In this document: one piece after another, positions 10,164 through 20,167 of the stretch
How the letters are laid out: each line of letters opens with the position of its first letter
Position numbering within the stretch: the first letter of the stretch is position 1
Source of the DNA: Salinispira sp.
Lineage (GTDB): Bacteria > Spirochaetota > Spirochaetia > DSM-27196 > Salinispiraceae
DNA length: 64,000 bases
Direction of reading: 5' to 3'
Assembly: GCA_965602015.1 (NCBI GenBank)
Contig: OZ271918.1
Coordinates: forward strand, 1,088,001 to 1,152,000
Made by a program: the position numbers and the translations under genes
Notes under the pieces: model-generated
Told to the model about the DNA's origin: nothing
The model's input: only the letters and a program-made list of their open reading frames with translations
Database searches by the model: none

Positions 10164-11387
10164 TCAGTCGAGAATGTCGGTTATGGCTTCGAGGGGCTGA
10201 TCCACAACCCAACCGGGGGCGCCGTCATAGGTTGCCAGAAGGAGGGCCATGGCCTGGGTTCCCACCCGGCGGCCGTTTGCGAAATCTACCGTGCCTCCCA
10301 GGGGGATTTCCACCGGTGCATCTTCCATCGCGTCGATGTAGTTATCCCAGGTGAGGGCGCCATCGCCGACCCGCTCAAGACCCTGTACGAAAATTGCCGC
10401 CGCAATCCAGCCTGCCTGGGCGTAGGGATTGCCTGCAAGCGCGGCATCGATTTTGCTGACTTCATCGACGAAGGTGTTGAGGGCGTCGGTCGGATTGCCG
10501 TCTGCATCGACTACCTGGAGCCAGGCGTTCGCGTAGACATCAAAACTTTCGAGTGCTTCGCTGACCCCTTCGACGAAGGTGGGTGCTGCGTTAACATAGC
10601 TGGTGATGACCGGAACATCATTGCCCGCTGCCGCGAGAGCCTTAATGGCCACTTCCGCAGGGACCTGATTTGCCGCAACCAGGACCACGTCCACATCTTC
10701 ACTGAGAATAGTCTGGGCTGCGGAACTCATATCGTTTGAATCCGGGGCGACCTGTACCTCAACCACGTCGACCCCAAGGGCGCCGGCACGGAGGTAGATT
10801 CCCGCCAAAAGCCCTTTTCCGTCATCGGCGTTGGGGTAAATGACGCCGATTTTGTCGGCACCAAAATCCGCCACGGCCCGGGCCACCATTACTTCGCCTT
10901 CGGCGTCATAGATGGGCTGGACGGGGAAAGATGCCCGCTCGCCGCCTTCGGCTTCGAGATTAAAAAGGGATCGCAGACCTGTTGCGTAATACACCCGGGG
11001 AATTCCCACGGTATTGAGGTATTCCTGGGTTGCCGCTACCGTCGGGGTGCCGAAGTGGCCGACGAATGCGAATATTTGATCGTCTTCAACAAGGCGCTGG
11101 GCGTAGGTGAGGCCCTGAGCTCCGTCGAACTCGTCATCGTAGTGCACCCATTCGATGGTTCTCCCGGCGACTCCGCCGGCGCCGTTTACCATGGCAAAGT
11201 AGGCTTCGATTCCCTGGTTGAAGGGAACTCCGACGAAAGCAAGGGCGCCGCTGGTGGCGGCCGCGTTACCGACCAGGACCGTAGTGTCGGTTACCCCCTG
11301 GGATGCCGCTTCTTCGCCTGCGCCATTCGCCCATGCGGCGAATGCCAACGCTACAATCAGCACGATCGCTATTGTAAACCTTTTCAT
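10164..11387 (-). CDS. ABC transporter substrate-binding protein (Liv/HAAT family)
   Basis: Signal peptide, GVTDTTVLVG, NGAGGVAGR.I....DD, GHFGTP; ATG at 11387 with SD AGGAGG. Confidence 0.9.
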   Translation of the reverse strand: MKRFTIAIVLIVALAFAAWANGAGEEAASQGVTDTTVLVGNAAATSGALAFVGVPFNQGIEAYFAMVNGAGGVAGRTIEWVHYDDEFDGAQGLTYAQRLVEDDQIFAFVGHFGTPTVAATQEYLNTVGIPRVYYATGLRSLFNLEAEGGERASFPVQPIYDAEGEVMVARAVADFGADKIGVIYPNADDGKGLLAGIYLRAGALGVDVVEVQVAPDSNDMSSAAQTILSEDVDVVLVAANQVPAEVAIKALAAAGNDVPVITSYVNAAPTFVEGVSEALESFDVYANAWLQVVDADGNPTDALNTFVDEVSKIDAALAGNPYAQAGWIAAAIFVQGLERVGDGALTWDNYIDAMEDAPVEIPLGGTVDFANGRRVGTQAMALLLATYDGAPGWVVDQPLEAITDILD

Positions 11388-11449
11388 AACTCCTCCTAGA
11401 GTTGTGTCTGCTGTTTTCCGCCGGGGGCGGTTCGATTGAATAATCATTG

Positions 11450-12175
11450 CTATTTACCTAAATAGGCCTCGACCAGCTCGGGATCCTTCCTCAGCTGCTC
11501 GGCGCTGCCGGATTTAACCAGGCTTCCTACCTGAAGCACGTAGGCATAGTCGGCAATTTTCAGGGTTTGCATGGCGTTCTGCTCGACGATGAGGACCGTG
11601 GTGCCGTTATTTCGGATTTCCTCGATGATTGCGAAAATATCCCTGACAATCAGCGGCGCAAGGCCCAAAGAAGGTTCATCCAGTATGAGCAGTTTCGGGC
11701 TTGCCATAAGCGCGCGGCCTATGGCGAGCATCTGCTGTTCCCCTCCCGAAAGGGTTTGAGCGATCTGGGAATCCCGCTCCTTCAGGACCGGAAAATAGGC
11801 AAACACCTGATCAAGGTTTTTCTGCAGCTTCCGTTTGTCCTTCACGGTGAACCCGCCGATCTGAAGGTTTTCCCGCACCGTCAACTCGCCAAAAATCTGC
11901 CGGCCCTCCGGCGACTGGGAAATCCCTCCCTGGGCAATAAGCTCGGGGCTCAAGCGGGTGATGTCCCGGTCTTCAAACAGGATGGATCCCGATGCCGCAG
12001 GTATCAGACCGGATATTTTTTTAAGGAGACTCGTCTTGCCCCCGCCGTTCGCGCCGAGAATCGCGACGATGCTGCCCCGGGGTACGTCCAGGCTCACGGA
12101 TTTTAATGCCTGAATCGCTCCGTAGCTCACGCTCAGGTCGGTAATTTTCAGAAGCAGTTCCTTGTGTTCTTTCAT
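11450..12175 (-). CDS. livF: Liv-type ABC ATPase (LivF-like)
   Basis: GANGGGKT, LSGGEQQM, LDEPSLGLAP. Confidence 0.9.
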   Translation of the reverse strand: MKEHKELLLKITDLSVSYGAIQALKSVSLDVPRGSIVAILGANGGGKTSLLKKISGLIPAASGSILFEDRDITRLSPELIAQGGISQSPEGRQIFGELTVRENLQIGGFTVKDKRKLQKNLDQVFAYFPVLKERDSQIAQTLSGGEQQMLAIGRALMASPKLLILDEPSLGLAPLIVRDIFAIIEEIRNNGTTVLIVEQNAMQTLKIADYAYVLQVGSLVKSGSAEQLRKDPELVEAYLGK

Positions 12176-12963
12176 GCTTCCTCCTCCCGGCCGAGATAGG
12201 CCTCCTGAACCTGGGGATCGGTTTTGATTTTGTCAGGGGTGTCCATCGCCAGAAACTTCCCGAAATTGATTGCGCATACCCGGTCGCAGATATTCATAAC
12301 CAGCCCCATGTCGTGTTCGATGAGAAGTATGGAGGTGCTGAACTCGTCGCGGATGCGGTAAATAAGCTTGTCCAACTCCTCGGTTTCCTTGTCGTTGAGT
12401 CCGGCGGCGGGTTCATCGAGGATGAGCAGCCGGGGACGGGCCAATAGGGCCCGGGCAATCTCTATTTTTTTCAGGATGCCGTAAGGCTGACCGGCGGCAT
12501 ATGCGTACATCAGTTGATCGATGCCGAGGAATTTCAGCACTGCCACCGCCCGCTCCCGGGCAGCATCTTCCTCCAGCCGGGCCTTTTTGGTTTTTATCAG
12601 GTGTGAGAACACGCCGGTGGCGAACTGTGTATGGGCTCCAATCATCACATTGTCCAGAATTGAAAGATCAGGAACCAGCTCGAGGTTCTGAAAGGTGCGG
12701 ACTATTCCCTGGTTGACCACCCGGGAGACGTCCACATCTTTTAGATCGATCATGCCTCCGGGACCCGAGTAGGTAATCGAACCCTGGTATCCCTTGTAAA
12801 ATTGGGTGACGCAGTTAAAAACCGTCGTTTTGCCCGCCCCGTTGGGGCCGATCAGGCCGACAATCTCGCCCTCGTTTATAGTGAAGCTTAAGCCGTCGAC
12901 GGCTCTCAGCCCGCCGAAGGTCATGGTGACCGAATCAAGGCGGAGTAGGGGAGTGCTGTTCAT
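12172..12963 (-). CDS. livG: Liv-type ABC ATPase (LivG-like)
   Basis: GPNGAGKTT, RTFQN, LDEPAAG, IEHDM, VQEAYLG. Confidence 0.9.
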   Translation of the reverse strand: MNSTPLLRLDSVTMTFGGLRAVDGLSFTINEGEIVGLIGPNGAGKTTVFNCVTQFYKGYQGSITYSGPGGMIDLKDVDVSRVVNQGIVRTFQNLELVPDLSILDNVMIGAHTQFATGVFSHLIKTKKARLEEDAARERAVAVLKFLGIDQLMYAYAAGQPYGILKKIEIARALLARPRLLILDEPAAGLNDKETEELDKLIYRIRDEFSTSILLIEHDMGLVMNICDRVCAINFGKFLAMDTPDKIKTDPQVQEAYLGREEEA

Positions 12964-14036
12964 TTCTTACCTCCCGGAATACCGTCTGCGGGCCGGACCT
13001 TTCTGCGGAACAGCCTTTTAATATCCTCACCGACGAATACGAATCCCCGGGGGTAAAAGAGGATAACCAGGATGATCAGCACCCCCGAAAACACGTAGGA
13101 GATATCGCCGAGCAAATCTTTCAAAAAGAGATTGGGAATACCGTAAATTATCAGAGCTCCCAGGAAGGTGCCGATGATGGATTTGAATCCGCCCACGACG
13201 ACCATGGCGATTATTAAAAGGCTGATATTCAGGGTCCAGGCCCGGGTAGGGGCATTCTGAAAAAACATCGCGTACAAGATTCCCCCGCCGGTGGCGTAGA
13301 CCGTGGCGGTGATAAAGGCGATCAGCCGGTATTTCAGAATATTGATTCCCATTGCCTGTGCTGCGTGTTCGCTGCGGCTCATGGCCATGAGCGCTCTGCC
13401 GGTGCGGCTTTTGACCAGATTGTGCATCAGCAGCATGCCGATCAATTGTGCGGCAATTATCAACGCGAATAAGATGCTCCGGTGCACCTGAAGGATCTGG
13501 TTGAGCTCAATAAAACCCAGGAGGCGAACCGCTCCGATCTTGATAAATTCCCCGCCGAAAATGGGAACCGAGGTGTATATCTGCCGGAGTATTTCACCGA
13601 TGAAGAGGGTGGCGATGGCAAGGTATATGCTCTCGACTTTCAGGGAAAACAACCCGATCAAGGCACCCAGGCCTGCGGCTATCAGCAATACGAGGACCGC
13701 CGACAGTTCGAAGGGTAGACCCATCTGCAGGAATACCCCCATCCCTAAAGCGCCGGCGCCGATAAATCCCGCAGTACCCAGTGAAATCAGGCCGCTGAAT
13801 CCCAGAAGTATGTTCATTCCCAGCGCCACCACCGTGTAAATGCCCGTGTAGGCGAATATGCTCATGGTGGAGAAACGCATAAGACCCAGGTGGGGCAAAA
13901 CGGCGATTAGCATTAATCCCAGGTTCAGAAGCAGAATTTGCAACACCGGATTCCCGGAAAGCGCCGGACGGGGTTTCCCGCTGCCCCCGCCTTTATGGCT
14001 CGATTTTTTTTCTATTTTACTTTTCATCGACGTCAT
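12960..14036 (-). CDS. livM: Liv-type ABC permease (LivM-like)
   Basis: NILLGFSGLISLG, YLAIATL, SRTGRALMA, VVVGG; ATGA overlap with the livH-like gene. Confidence 0.88.
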   Translation of the reverse strand: MTSMKSKIEKKSSHKGGGSGKPRPALSGNPVLQILLLNLGLMLIAVLPHLGLMRFSTMSIFAYTGIYTVVALGMNILLGFSGLISLGTAGFIGAGALGMGVFLQMGLPFELSAVLVLLIAAGLGALIGLFSLKVESIYLAIATLFIGEILRQIYTSVPIFGGEFIKIGAVRLLGFIELNQILQVHRSILFALIIAAQLIGMLLMHNLVKSRTGRALMAMSRSEHAAQAMGINILKYRLIAFITATVYATGGGILYAMFFQNAPTRAWTLNISLLIIAMVVVGGFKSIIGTFLGALIIYGIPNLFLKDLLGDISYVFSGVLIILVILFYPRGFVFVGEDIKRLFRRKVRPADGIPGGKK

Positions 14037-14908
14037 ACCTTTTTGATGAGTTTCTTGCCGAACAGGCCGTAGGGCTTGAAGTAGAGGAATACAAGGATTG
14101 CCGAATACACAATGACATTTCCCCATACGTCTGAGATGTAGAACGCGGTGAAATTCCTGGCGAAGGCGATGATAAACGATCCGGCAACCGGACCGGCGAA
14201 GGTGGAAAATCCCCCGAGCACGCCTGCGAAGAAGGCGCTCACCTGCACATCGAGCAGCATGTTCGGATTAACGCTGGACTGGGGGGCAACGATGAGGGCC
14301 GCCAGGGTACCCATCATGGCTGCGCTGGCCCAGGAAATCATGGTCACAGTCCTGGTCGGAACGCCCATGAGCTTTGCCGTGCTCTCGCTGGCGGCGGTTA
14401 CGCGGATGGCAAGGCCCCAGCGGGTTTTCTGAATGAACCAGAACAGGAAGCCCATGAGGGTAAGCGATACGGCGATAACAAAAACCGTATTGTAACGCAG
14501 GGTGGCGTCCCCGATGTTCACGCTCGCGCCCGGTATGAAGCTCGGAAGCCGGTAGGGGTCGACTCCGAAGAGCAAAGGAATCAGTCCGACAATGACCATA
14601 ATCAAACCGAGGGTGATAATCTGCTTCGAAATCGGGCTAACCCTGGCTGCGGGCCTGATAATAAAGGTATCGATGAGAATACCCGTTAAAAAAGCGGTTA
14701 CCAGGGATACCAGGGCCACAAGCCAGATGCTCCAGCCCCAGGTGGTTAACAGGATTCCCGCCACATATGCATTCAATGTCCCTATGGAGCCTTGGGCGAA
14801 ATTCGTCGTGCGGCTCGTTTTCCAGATCAGCGCTATGCCCAAGGCTGCCAGGGCATAGGTGCTGCCGGTTTGCATGCTGTTAAACAGAATCCGGAGGATG
14901 TTATCCAT
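14033..14908 (-). CDS. livH: Liv-type ABC permease (LivH-like)
   Basis: GSTYALAALG..LI...NFAQG, TRWGLAIR, VLGGF, KPYGLFG. Confidence 0.88.
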   Translation of the reverse strand: MDNILRILFNSMQTGSTYALAALGIALIWKTSRTTNFAQGSIGTLNAYVAGILLTTWGWSIWLVALVSLVTAFLTGILIDTFIIRPAARVSPISKQIITLGLIMVIVGLIPLLFGVDPYRLPSFIPGASVNIGDATLRYNTVFVIAVSLTLMGFLFWFIQKTRWGLAIRVTAASESTAKLMGVPTRTVTMISWASAAMMGTLAALIVAPQSSVNPNMLLDVQVSAFFAGVLGGFSTFAGPVAGSFIIAFARNFTAFYISDVWGNVIVYSAILVFLYFKPYGLFGKKLIKKV

Positions 14909-14930
14909 CGAATCTCCTCGATCATTTTTC

Positions 14931-14955
14931 GAAAACCGAATCGGTTCTCATTTTT
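14931..14955. promoter_or_regulatory. Candidate TetR operator, copy 2 (upstream of livH-like gene)
   Basis: Near-perfect palindrome GAAAACCGAATCGGTTCTC just downstream of a minus-strand TTGACA(14988-14983)-N17-GAAAAT promoter-like element. Confidence 0.62.
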
Positions 14956-14987
14956 AGTGATTTTCACCCCGGTTTTACCATCTGTCA

Positions 14988-15026
14988 AGAAAAAAGTGAG
15001 AGGTGATTCATCTCTTACTTTTTTCT
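14988..15026. repeat. Long imperfect inverted repeat in the divergent promoter region
   Basis: AGAAAAAAGTGAGAGGTGA-T-TCATCTCTTACTTTTTTCT; arms match at 17/19. Confidence 0.7.
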
Positions 15027-15171
15027 GTTTTTATGGCTGCAGCGGGGTTTATTGGCTGCAAGCCGAGTACGCTTGACAAAAGAGGACGGCGATCTGATAT
15101 TTGGACGTGCCGGAATGTCCCCGTCAATGGAGAAGATCCTCCGGCAGCTATTGCTCTAAGGAGGAAATCCG

Positions 15172-17385
15172 TTGATTCGACTTTTCAGGTATTTTACCCC
15201 GTGGCTCGGGGCCATTCTGTTAGCCCTCATTTTTTTATTCGCCCAGGCCAACCTGGACCTTGCCCTGCCGGATTACCTTTCGCGGATAATTAATACGGGT
15301 ATCCAGCAGGGGGGAATCGAATCTCCCTTCCCCCGGGAAATGCGCAGCTCGAGCTGGAATGCTGTAATTGCCCGGCTGGAGGAAGAGCGGGGAGATATCG
15401 AGTTTCCCCGGGCTCTCTACCGCAGTGGAGAGGGCGGCGAAAATACCGTGCAGGTCAACCCGGACCTTCTTGCACAGGTGGAGTCTGATAAGCGCTTGCG
15501 ACGGGCTTTCCTCGAGTCCTTCGCCCTCAGTCTTTCCCGGGAAGCGATGGAGTCGGGCGATCTTGATGTGTTTGCCGGTGCTGGGCAGAATGGGGAATCC
15601 TCTGAGCAGCTTGGGGGGGACCCGGTAGCCGCCGGTCCGGGCTTGGCCGGTATGCTCGGGGATGATGATTTCCTCCTTGAGCAGCTTGCCGTCCGCTTGG
15701 TGCTCAGAGAGTACCGCCTGCTCGGCCGGGATACCGATGCCATTCAGAACCGCTATATTTGGCGTATGGGCGGCACAATGATCCTGCTGACCCTTCTTTC
15801 CGCCGCGGCGACAATCTGCGTCAGCTACATCGGCGCCCGGGTATCCGCGGGAGTGGCAAAATCAATTCGGGCTGACCTGTTTCGCACGGTCGAAGGCTTT
15901 TCCGCCGCTGAAATAGACAAATTTTCAACAGCCAGTCTGATCACCCGGAGCACCAATGATATAACCCAGGTTCAAATGGTGACCTTCCTCATAATCCGGA
16001 TGGTGTTCCTGGCTCCGCTCATGGGTGTCGGGGGCGTGATCAGGGCGATGGGAAAAGCGCCGAATATGGCCTGGCTCATAGGGTTGGCGGTTCTTGTTCT
16101 GCTCGGGTTGGTCCTGCTGGTCATGGCCATCGTCCTTCCCCGCTTCAAGATGATTCAAAAGCTCACTGACGCGTTGAACCGGGTCGGGAGGGAACAGCTT
16201 TCGGGCATAATGGTCATCCGGGCATTTAACCGCCAGGATTTTGAACAGGAGCGCTTTGACAAAGCCAACCGGGATCTCACTTCAACCAATCTTTTTGTGG
16301 GAAGGACCATGGCCACCATCATGCCGCTGATATGGCTGATAATGAACGTCCTGGTCATTTCAATCATATGGGTGGGAGCAGGCCAGGTCGCCGGTTTTTC
16401 AATGGCCATCGGAGATTTGCTGGCCTTTATGCAGTATGCCATTCAAATCGTTATGTCCTTTCTGATGCTCACCATGGTGTTTATTATCCTGCCCCGAGCC
16501 AGCGTTTCTGCCCGGCGCATTGCCGAGGTGCTTGAGACCGAGCCGTCTATTGTGGATCCAGATGTTCCCGAAACCCCCGATTCGCCGGAGCCGTCCAATA
16601 ATCGTATTACTGTTTCAACCGCTGAGGAATCCGGGCAATTAAAGGGATTTCTTGAGTTTAAGGATGTAAGTTTCGCGTACCCCGGAGCCGATGAAAATGC
16701 CCTTTGTCATATAAGCTTCACCGCCGAACCGGGCAAGACCACTGCGATAATCGGATCTACGGGCTCGGGAAAAACTTCGGTGGTCAATCTTATACCCCGA
16801 TTCTATGATGTCAGCGGCGGAGGCATCTTTCTCGACGGGGTGGACATCCGCAGGATGAGCCAGAAAGATCTTCGAAGCCGCATCGGCTACGTCCCCCAGA
16901 AAAGCAGCCTGTTCACCGGAACCATTAAAAGCAATCTTCTGTTTGGTGACGAGAATGCCAGCCATGAAGACATAAAACAGACTGCCCAGGTCGCCCAGGC
17001 CCTCGACTTTATAGAGGACCGTGAAGACGGATTTGCCTCGGCGGTGAGTCAGGGCGGGGTAAACGTTTCCGGCGGTCAGCGCCAACGCTTGTCCATAGCC
17101 CGGGCCATTTTGGCGAAACCGGAGCTGCTGATTTTCGACGACAGTTTTTCCGCATTGGATTTCCGCACCGACGCGGCGCTCCGGCGCGCCCTGGGTGACC
17201 ATGCAAAAAATTCCACCCGAATCATCGTCGCCCAGAGGGTTTCGACAATAATAAACGCCGAACAGATACTGGTCCTGGAAGACGGAAAGCTGGCGGGCAG
17301 GGGAACCCACAAGGAGCTGATGGACAGCTGTGGTGAATACCGGGAAATCGTTCTTTCCCAGCTGAGCATCGAGGAGGCATCGTGA
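15172..17385 (+). CDS. ABC exporter subunit (TM287/EfrA-like, degenerate NBD) with a large extracytoplasmic loop
   Basis: GSTGSGKT, VSGGQRQR, Walker B LIFDDSFS (no Glu), switch VAQR; TTG start with SD AAGGAGG. Confidence 0.92.
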   Translation: MIRLFRYFTPWLGAILLALIFLFAQANLDLALPDYLSRIINTGIQQGGIESPFPREMRSSSWNAVIARLEEERGDIEFPRALYRSGEGGENTVQVNPDLLAQVESDKRLRRAFLESFALSLSREAMESGDLDVFAGAGQNGESSEQLGGDPVAAGPGLAGMLGDDDFLLEQLAVRLVLREYRLLGRDTDAIQNRYIWRMGGTMILLTLLSAAATICVSYIGARVSAGVAKSIRADLFRTVEGFSAAEIDKFSTASLITRSTNDITQVQMVTFLIIRMVFLAPLMGVGGVIRAMGKAPNMAWLIGLAVLVLLGLVLLVMAIVLPRFKMIQKLTDALNRVGREQLSGIMVIRAFNRQDFEQERFDKANRDLTSTNLFVGRTMATIMPLIWLIMNVLVISIIWVGAGQVAGFSMAIGDLLAFMQYAIQIVMSFLMLTMVFIILPRASVSARRIAEVLETEPSIVDPDVPETPDSPEPSNNRITVSTAEESGQLKGFLEFKDVSFAYPGADENALCHISFTAEPGKTTAIIGSTGSGKTSVVNLIPRFYDVSGGGIFLDGVDIRRMSQKDLRSRIGYVPQKSSLFTGTIKSNLLFGDENASHEDIKQTAQVAQALDFIEDREDGFASAVSQGGVNVSGGQRQRLSIARAILAKPELLIFDDSFSALDFRTDAALRRALGDHAKNSTRIIVAQRVSTIINAEQILVLEDGKLAGRGTHKELMDSCGEYREIVLSQLSIEEAS

Positions 17386-19247
17386 AGAACGCAAACGAGC
17401 GGAAAAACGAGTCGGCCTCAGGCCGGCCGGCGGTGGGTCGGGGACCCATGGCGATGATGAAGGGAGAGAACGCCCGGGACTTCCGGGGAACCATGCGCCG
17501 GCTCGTCGCCTATTTTGGCAAGTACCGCTGGATGATTCTCCTCGGAGTGGCGCTCACCCTGGTCGGCACCATTTTCGGCATTATCGGTCCGCGCTGGCAG
17601 GGCTATGCCATCGATGAGCTCACAGCCATAGTCGGGGTCCGAATGGGCGGGGGAGAAGCGGAGTTTGACGGGCTGTTGAGCTGGATACTTCGCTTGTTGG
17701 CAATTTACGGAGCCTTTGCCCTGGCTTCATATTTTATGGGTTTTATTATGACCGGGGTTTCAGCCGATATTGCCTACCGTTTCCGCAGGGATATATCGGC
17801 GAAAATGCATCGTCTCCCCCTGAAATACTACGACGGAACAACGCACGGCGAAGTACTCAGCCGGATTACCAACGATGTCGATGTCATCAATCAGACCCTG
17901 AGCCAGGGCATCAGCCAGATGATAACCAGTGTGGTAACCGTCGTGGGATCGATGATTATGATGTTCACCATAGACTGGCGGCTCACCATGGCGGCCCTGG
18001 TTATTATTCCCCTCTCGATGATCGTCGTCGGTGCGATTATCAAGCGAAGCCAGCGCTATTTCAAGGATCAGCAGGCAAATCTCGGCCATGTGAACGGCCA
18101 TATTGAGGAAATGTTTTCAGGTCACTTGGTGGTAAAAGCCTTCAATGGCGAAGGCCGTGCCGTGGAAAAATTCGACACGCACAACGACGATCTCTATGAA
18201 TCCGCCTGGAAAAGTCAGTTTCTTTCCGGGCTGATGATGCCCATCATGCTGGTGTTCGGCAATATCAGTTTCGTGGTTGTCGCCGTCATGGGGGGCTGGC
18301 TGGTAGCCGCCGGCACCCTGACCATCGGCGCCATCGCCTCTTTTATTCAGTATGTGCGCCAATTCAATCAACCGCTGATGAATATTGCCAATATCAGCAA
18401 CGTCCTCCAGCAGACCGCCGCGGCGGCCGAGCGGGTATTGGAATTCCTTGATGAGAAAGAGGAAATCGCCGAGACCCAATCTCCCGTTGCTCTCGAGAAG
18501 GCTTCGGGTCATGTGGCGTTTGACCGCGTCAGATTCGGCTACGAGAGCCAACATCCGGTAATTCGGGATTTTTCTGCAGAGGCGGCACCGGGACAGAAAA
18601 TTGCCATAGTCGGACCAACCGGAGCCGGCAAAACCACCATGGTAAAGCTCCTTATGCGTTTCTACGACCTGGATGCCGGGCGAATCCTTATTGACGGACA
18701 TGACATTCGGGATTTCGCCCGGAAGAGATTGCGTGAAAACTTCGCCATGGTGCTCCAGGACAGCTGGCTCTATAACGCCAGCGTAATGGAAAATATCCGC
18801 TACGGCCGTCCCGACGCCAGTGACGAGGAAGTCATGGAAGCCGCAAAGGCCGCTCACGTCGATCACTTCATTCACACCTGGCCGGATGGCTACGACATGG
18901 TGATAAATGAAGAGACCAGCAATATTAGTCAGGGACAGAAACAGCTTCTGACCATCGCCAGGGCCATCCTTGCCGATCCGAGAATGCTGATTCTCGATGA
19001 GGCAACCAGCTCGGTCGACACCCGCACCGAGGTGCTCACCCAAAAGGCGATGGACAGGCTTATGCAGGGGCGAACCAGTTTTATCATCGCTCATCGGCTT
19101 TCCACAATCAGGAATGCGGACCTGATTCTGGTCATGAACGAGGGAGATATTATCGAACAGGGCAGTCATGAACAGCTGATGGCAGCCGGGGGTTTTTACG
19201 CCGACCTGTACAACAGCCAGTTCGAACAGGTGAGCCCTGTAAAATGA
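17382..19247 (+). CDS. ABC exporter subunit (TM288/EfrB-like, consensus NBD)
   Basis: GPTGAGKTT, ISQGQKQ, ILDEATS, IAHRLS. Confidence 0.93.
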   Translation: MKNANERKNESASGRPAVGRGPMAMMKGENARDFRGTMRRLVAYFGKYRWMILLGVALTLVGTIFGIIGPRWQGYAIDELTAIVGVRMGGGEAEFDGLLSWILRLLAIYGAFALASYFMGFIMTGVSADIAYRFRRDISAKMHRLPLKYYDGTTHGEVLSRITNDVDVINQTLSQGISQMITSVVTVVGSMIMMFTIDWRLTMAALVIIPLSMIVVGAIIKRSQRYFKDQQANLGHVNGHIEEMFSGHLVVKAFNGEGRAVEKFDTHNDDLYESAWKSQFLSGLMMPIMLVFGNISFVVVAVMGGWLVAAGTLTIGAIASFIQYVRQFNQPLMNIANISNVLQQTAAAAERVLEFLDEKEEIAETQSPVALEKASGHVAFDRVRFGYESQHPVIRDFSAEAAPGQKIAIVGPTGAGKTTMVKLLMRFYDLDAGRILIDGHDIRDFARKRLRENFAMVLQDSWLYNASVMENIRYGRPDASDEEVMEAAKAAHVDHFIHTWPDGYDMVINEETSNISQGQKQLLTIARAILADPRMLILDEATSSVDTRTEVLTQKAMDRLMQGRTSFIIAHRLSTIRNADLILVMNEGDIIEQGSHEQLMAAGGFYADLYNSQFEQVSPVK

Positions 19248-19315
19248 TGTGAGGTCTCTATGCATCCGGCCGCCGGTAATGGAGGCAGGGGCCGTCTGCT
19301 TTTGTTAGACGATAC

Positions 19316-20167
19316 TTACTTTCCTATACCCGATGACAGCCCGGTCACCACGTAGCGCTGGAAAACCAGAACCGCCAGCACAATGGGAACAAGGGTGAGT
19401 ACGGTGCCCGCGGCAATCCATGTCCACTGAAGCTCAAAGGCCTGACTCAGGCTCAGTATTGCCACCGGCACGGTTTCAACCTCATCGGCGCCGATGGATA
19501 CCACATTCGCAAGCATAAACTCCCCCCAGGAACCCAGAAAAGCAAGAACCCCTGCGGAAAATATTCCCGGGGCGGCTATGGGAAGCACCACCTGCATAAT
19601 TGTTCTCCACGGACCGGCGCCGTCTATTTTGGCAGCGTCGTCGAGCTCAAACGGCACGTTGGCGAAATAGCTGGCGATGAGAAAGGATGAGAGGGGTACC
19701 GCATAGGCCGCATTGGGAAGGATCATTGCCCAGTAGGTCCTGATCAGTCCAAGGGCCCGAAGCAGTACAAAGGTCGGCGCTATAACGATAATCGGCGGAA
19801 TCATTCCGGCAATCTGCATCCCGTACAATGTTATCATTCTGTAGCGAAAGCGAAGCCGGGCGATGGCGAAGGCCGACAGGGTGGAGAGTACCAGGGTACC
19901 CACAAGTGCGCCGCTTGAGACAACCAGACTGTTGAGAATGGAGCGCTGCACGGTGAACCGTTCACCCAAAACCGTTCGGTAGTTTTCCAGGGTCGGGTTT
20001 TCCGGCCAGTATTCCACGGGAATACGGAATTCCGTCCCCGCTGGTTTTATGGATGTCAGACCGATCCACACCAGAGGTGCCAGGCACCACACGGCGATCA
20101 GCGCAAACAGAAGAACTGAAAATGACCGGTTTAACCGGCGTCGCGCGCTTAAGGTCATAATTGTCAC
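19316..20167 (-). CDS. Carbohydrate ABC permease (MalG-like)
   Basis: EAA loop ELDDAAKIDGAG; SWGEF; six TM segments. Confidence 0.92.
   Translation of the reverse strand: MTIMTLSARRRLNRSFSVLLFALIAVWCLAPLVWIGLTSIKPAGTEFRIPVEYWPENPTLENYRTVLGERFTVQRSILNSLVVSSGALVGTLVLSTLSAFAIARLRFRYRMITLYGMQIAGMIPPIIVIAPTFVLLRALGLIRTYWAMILPNAAYAVPLSSFLIASYFANVPFELDDAAKIDGAGPWRTIMQVVLPIAAPGIFSAGVLAFLGSWGEFMLANVVSIGADEVETVPVAILSLSQAFELQWTWIAAGTVLTLVPIVLAVLVFQRYVVTGLSSGIGK

Noticed and set aside
15172..19247. Degenerate Walker B and switch motifs as a sign of pseudogenisation
   Set aside because: This is the normal asymmetric NBD pattern of TM287/288-type heterodimeric exporters.
18117..19265. 382-aa antisense ORF, and similar ones at 7189-8067, 35623-36468, 50501-51328 and 53427-54311
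   Set aside because: Shadow ORFs opposite well-supported genes, expected in GC-rich coding DNA; no motifs recognised.
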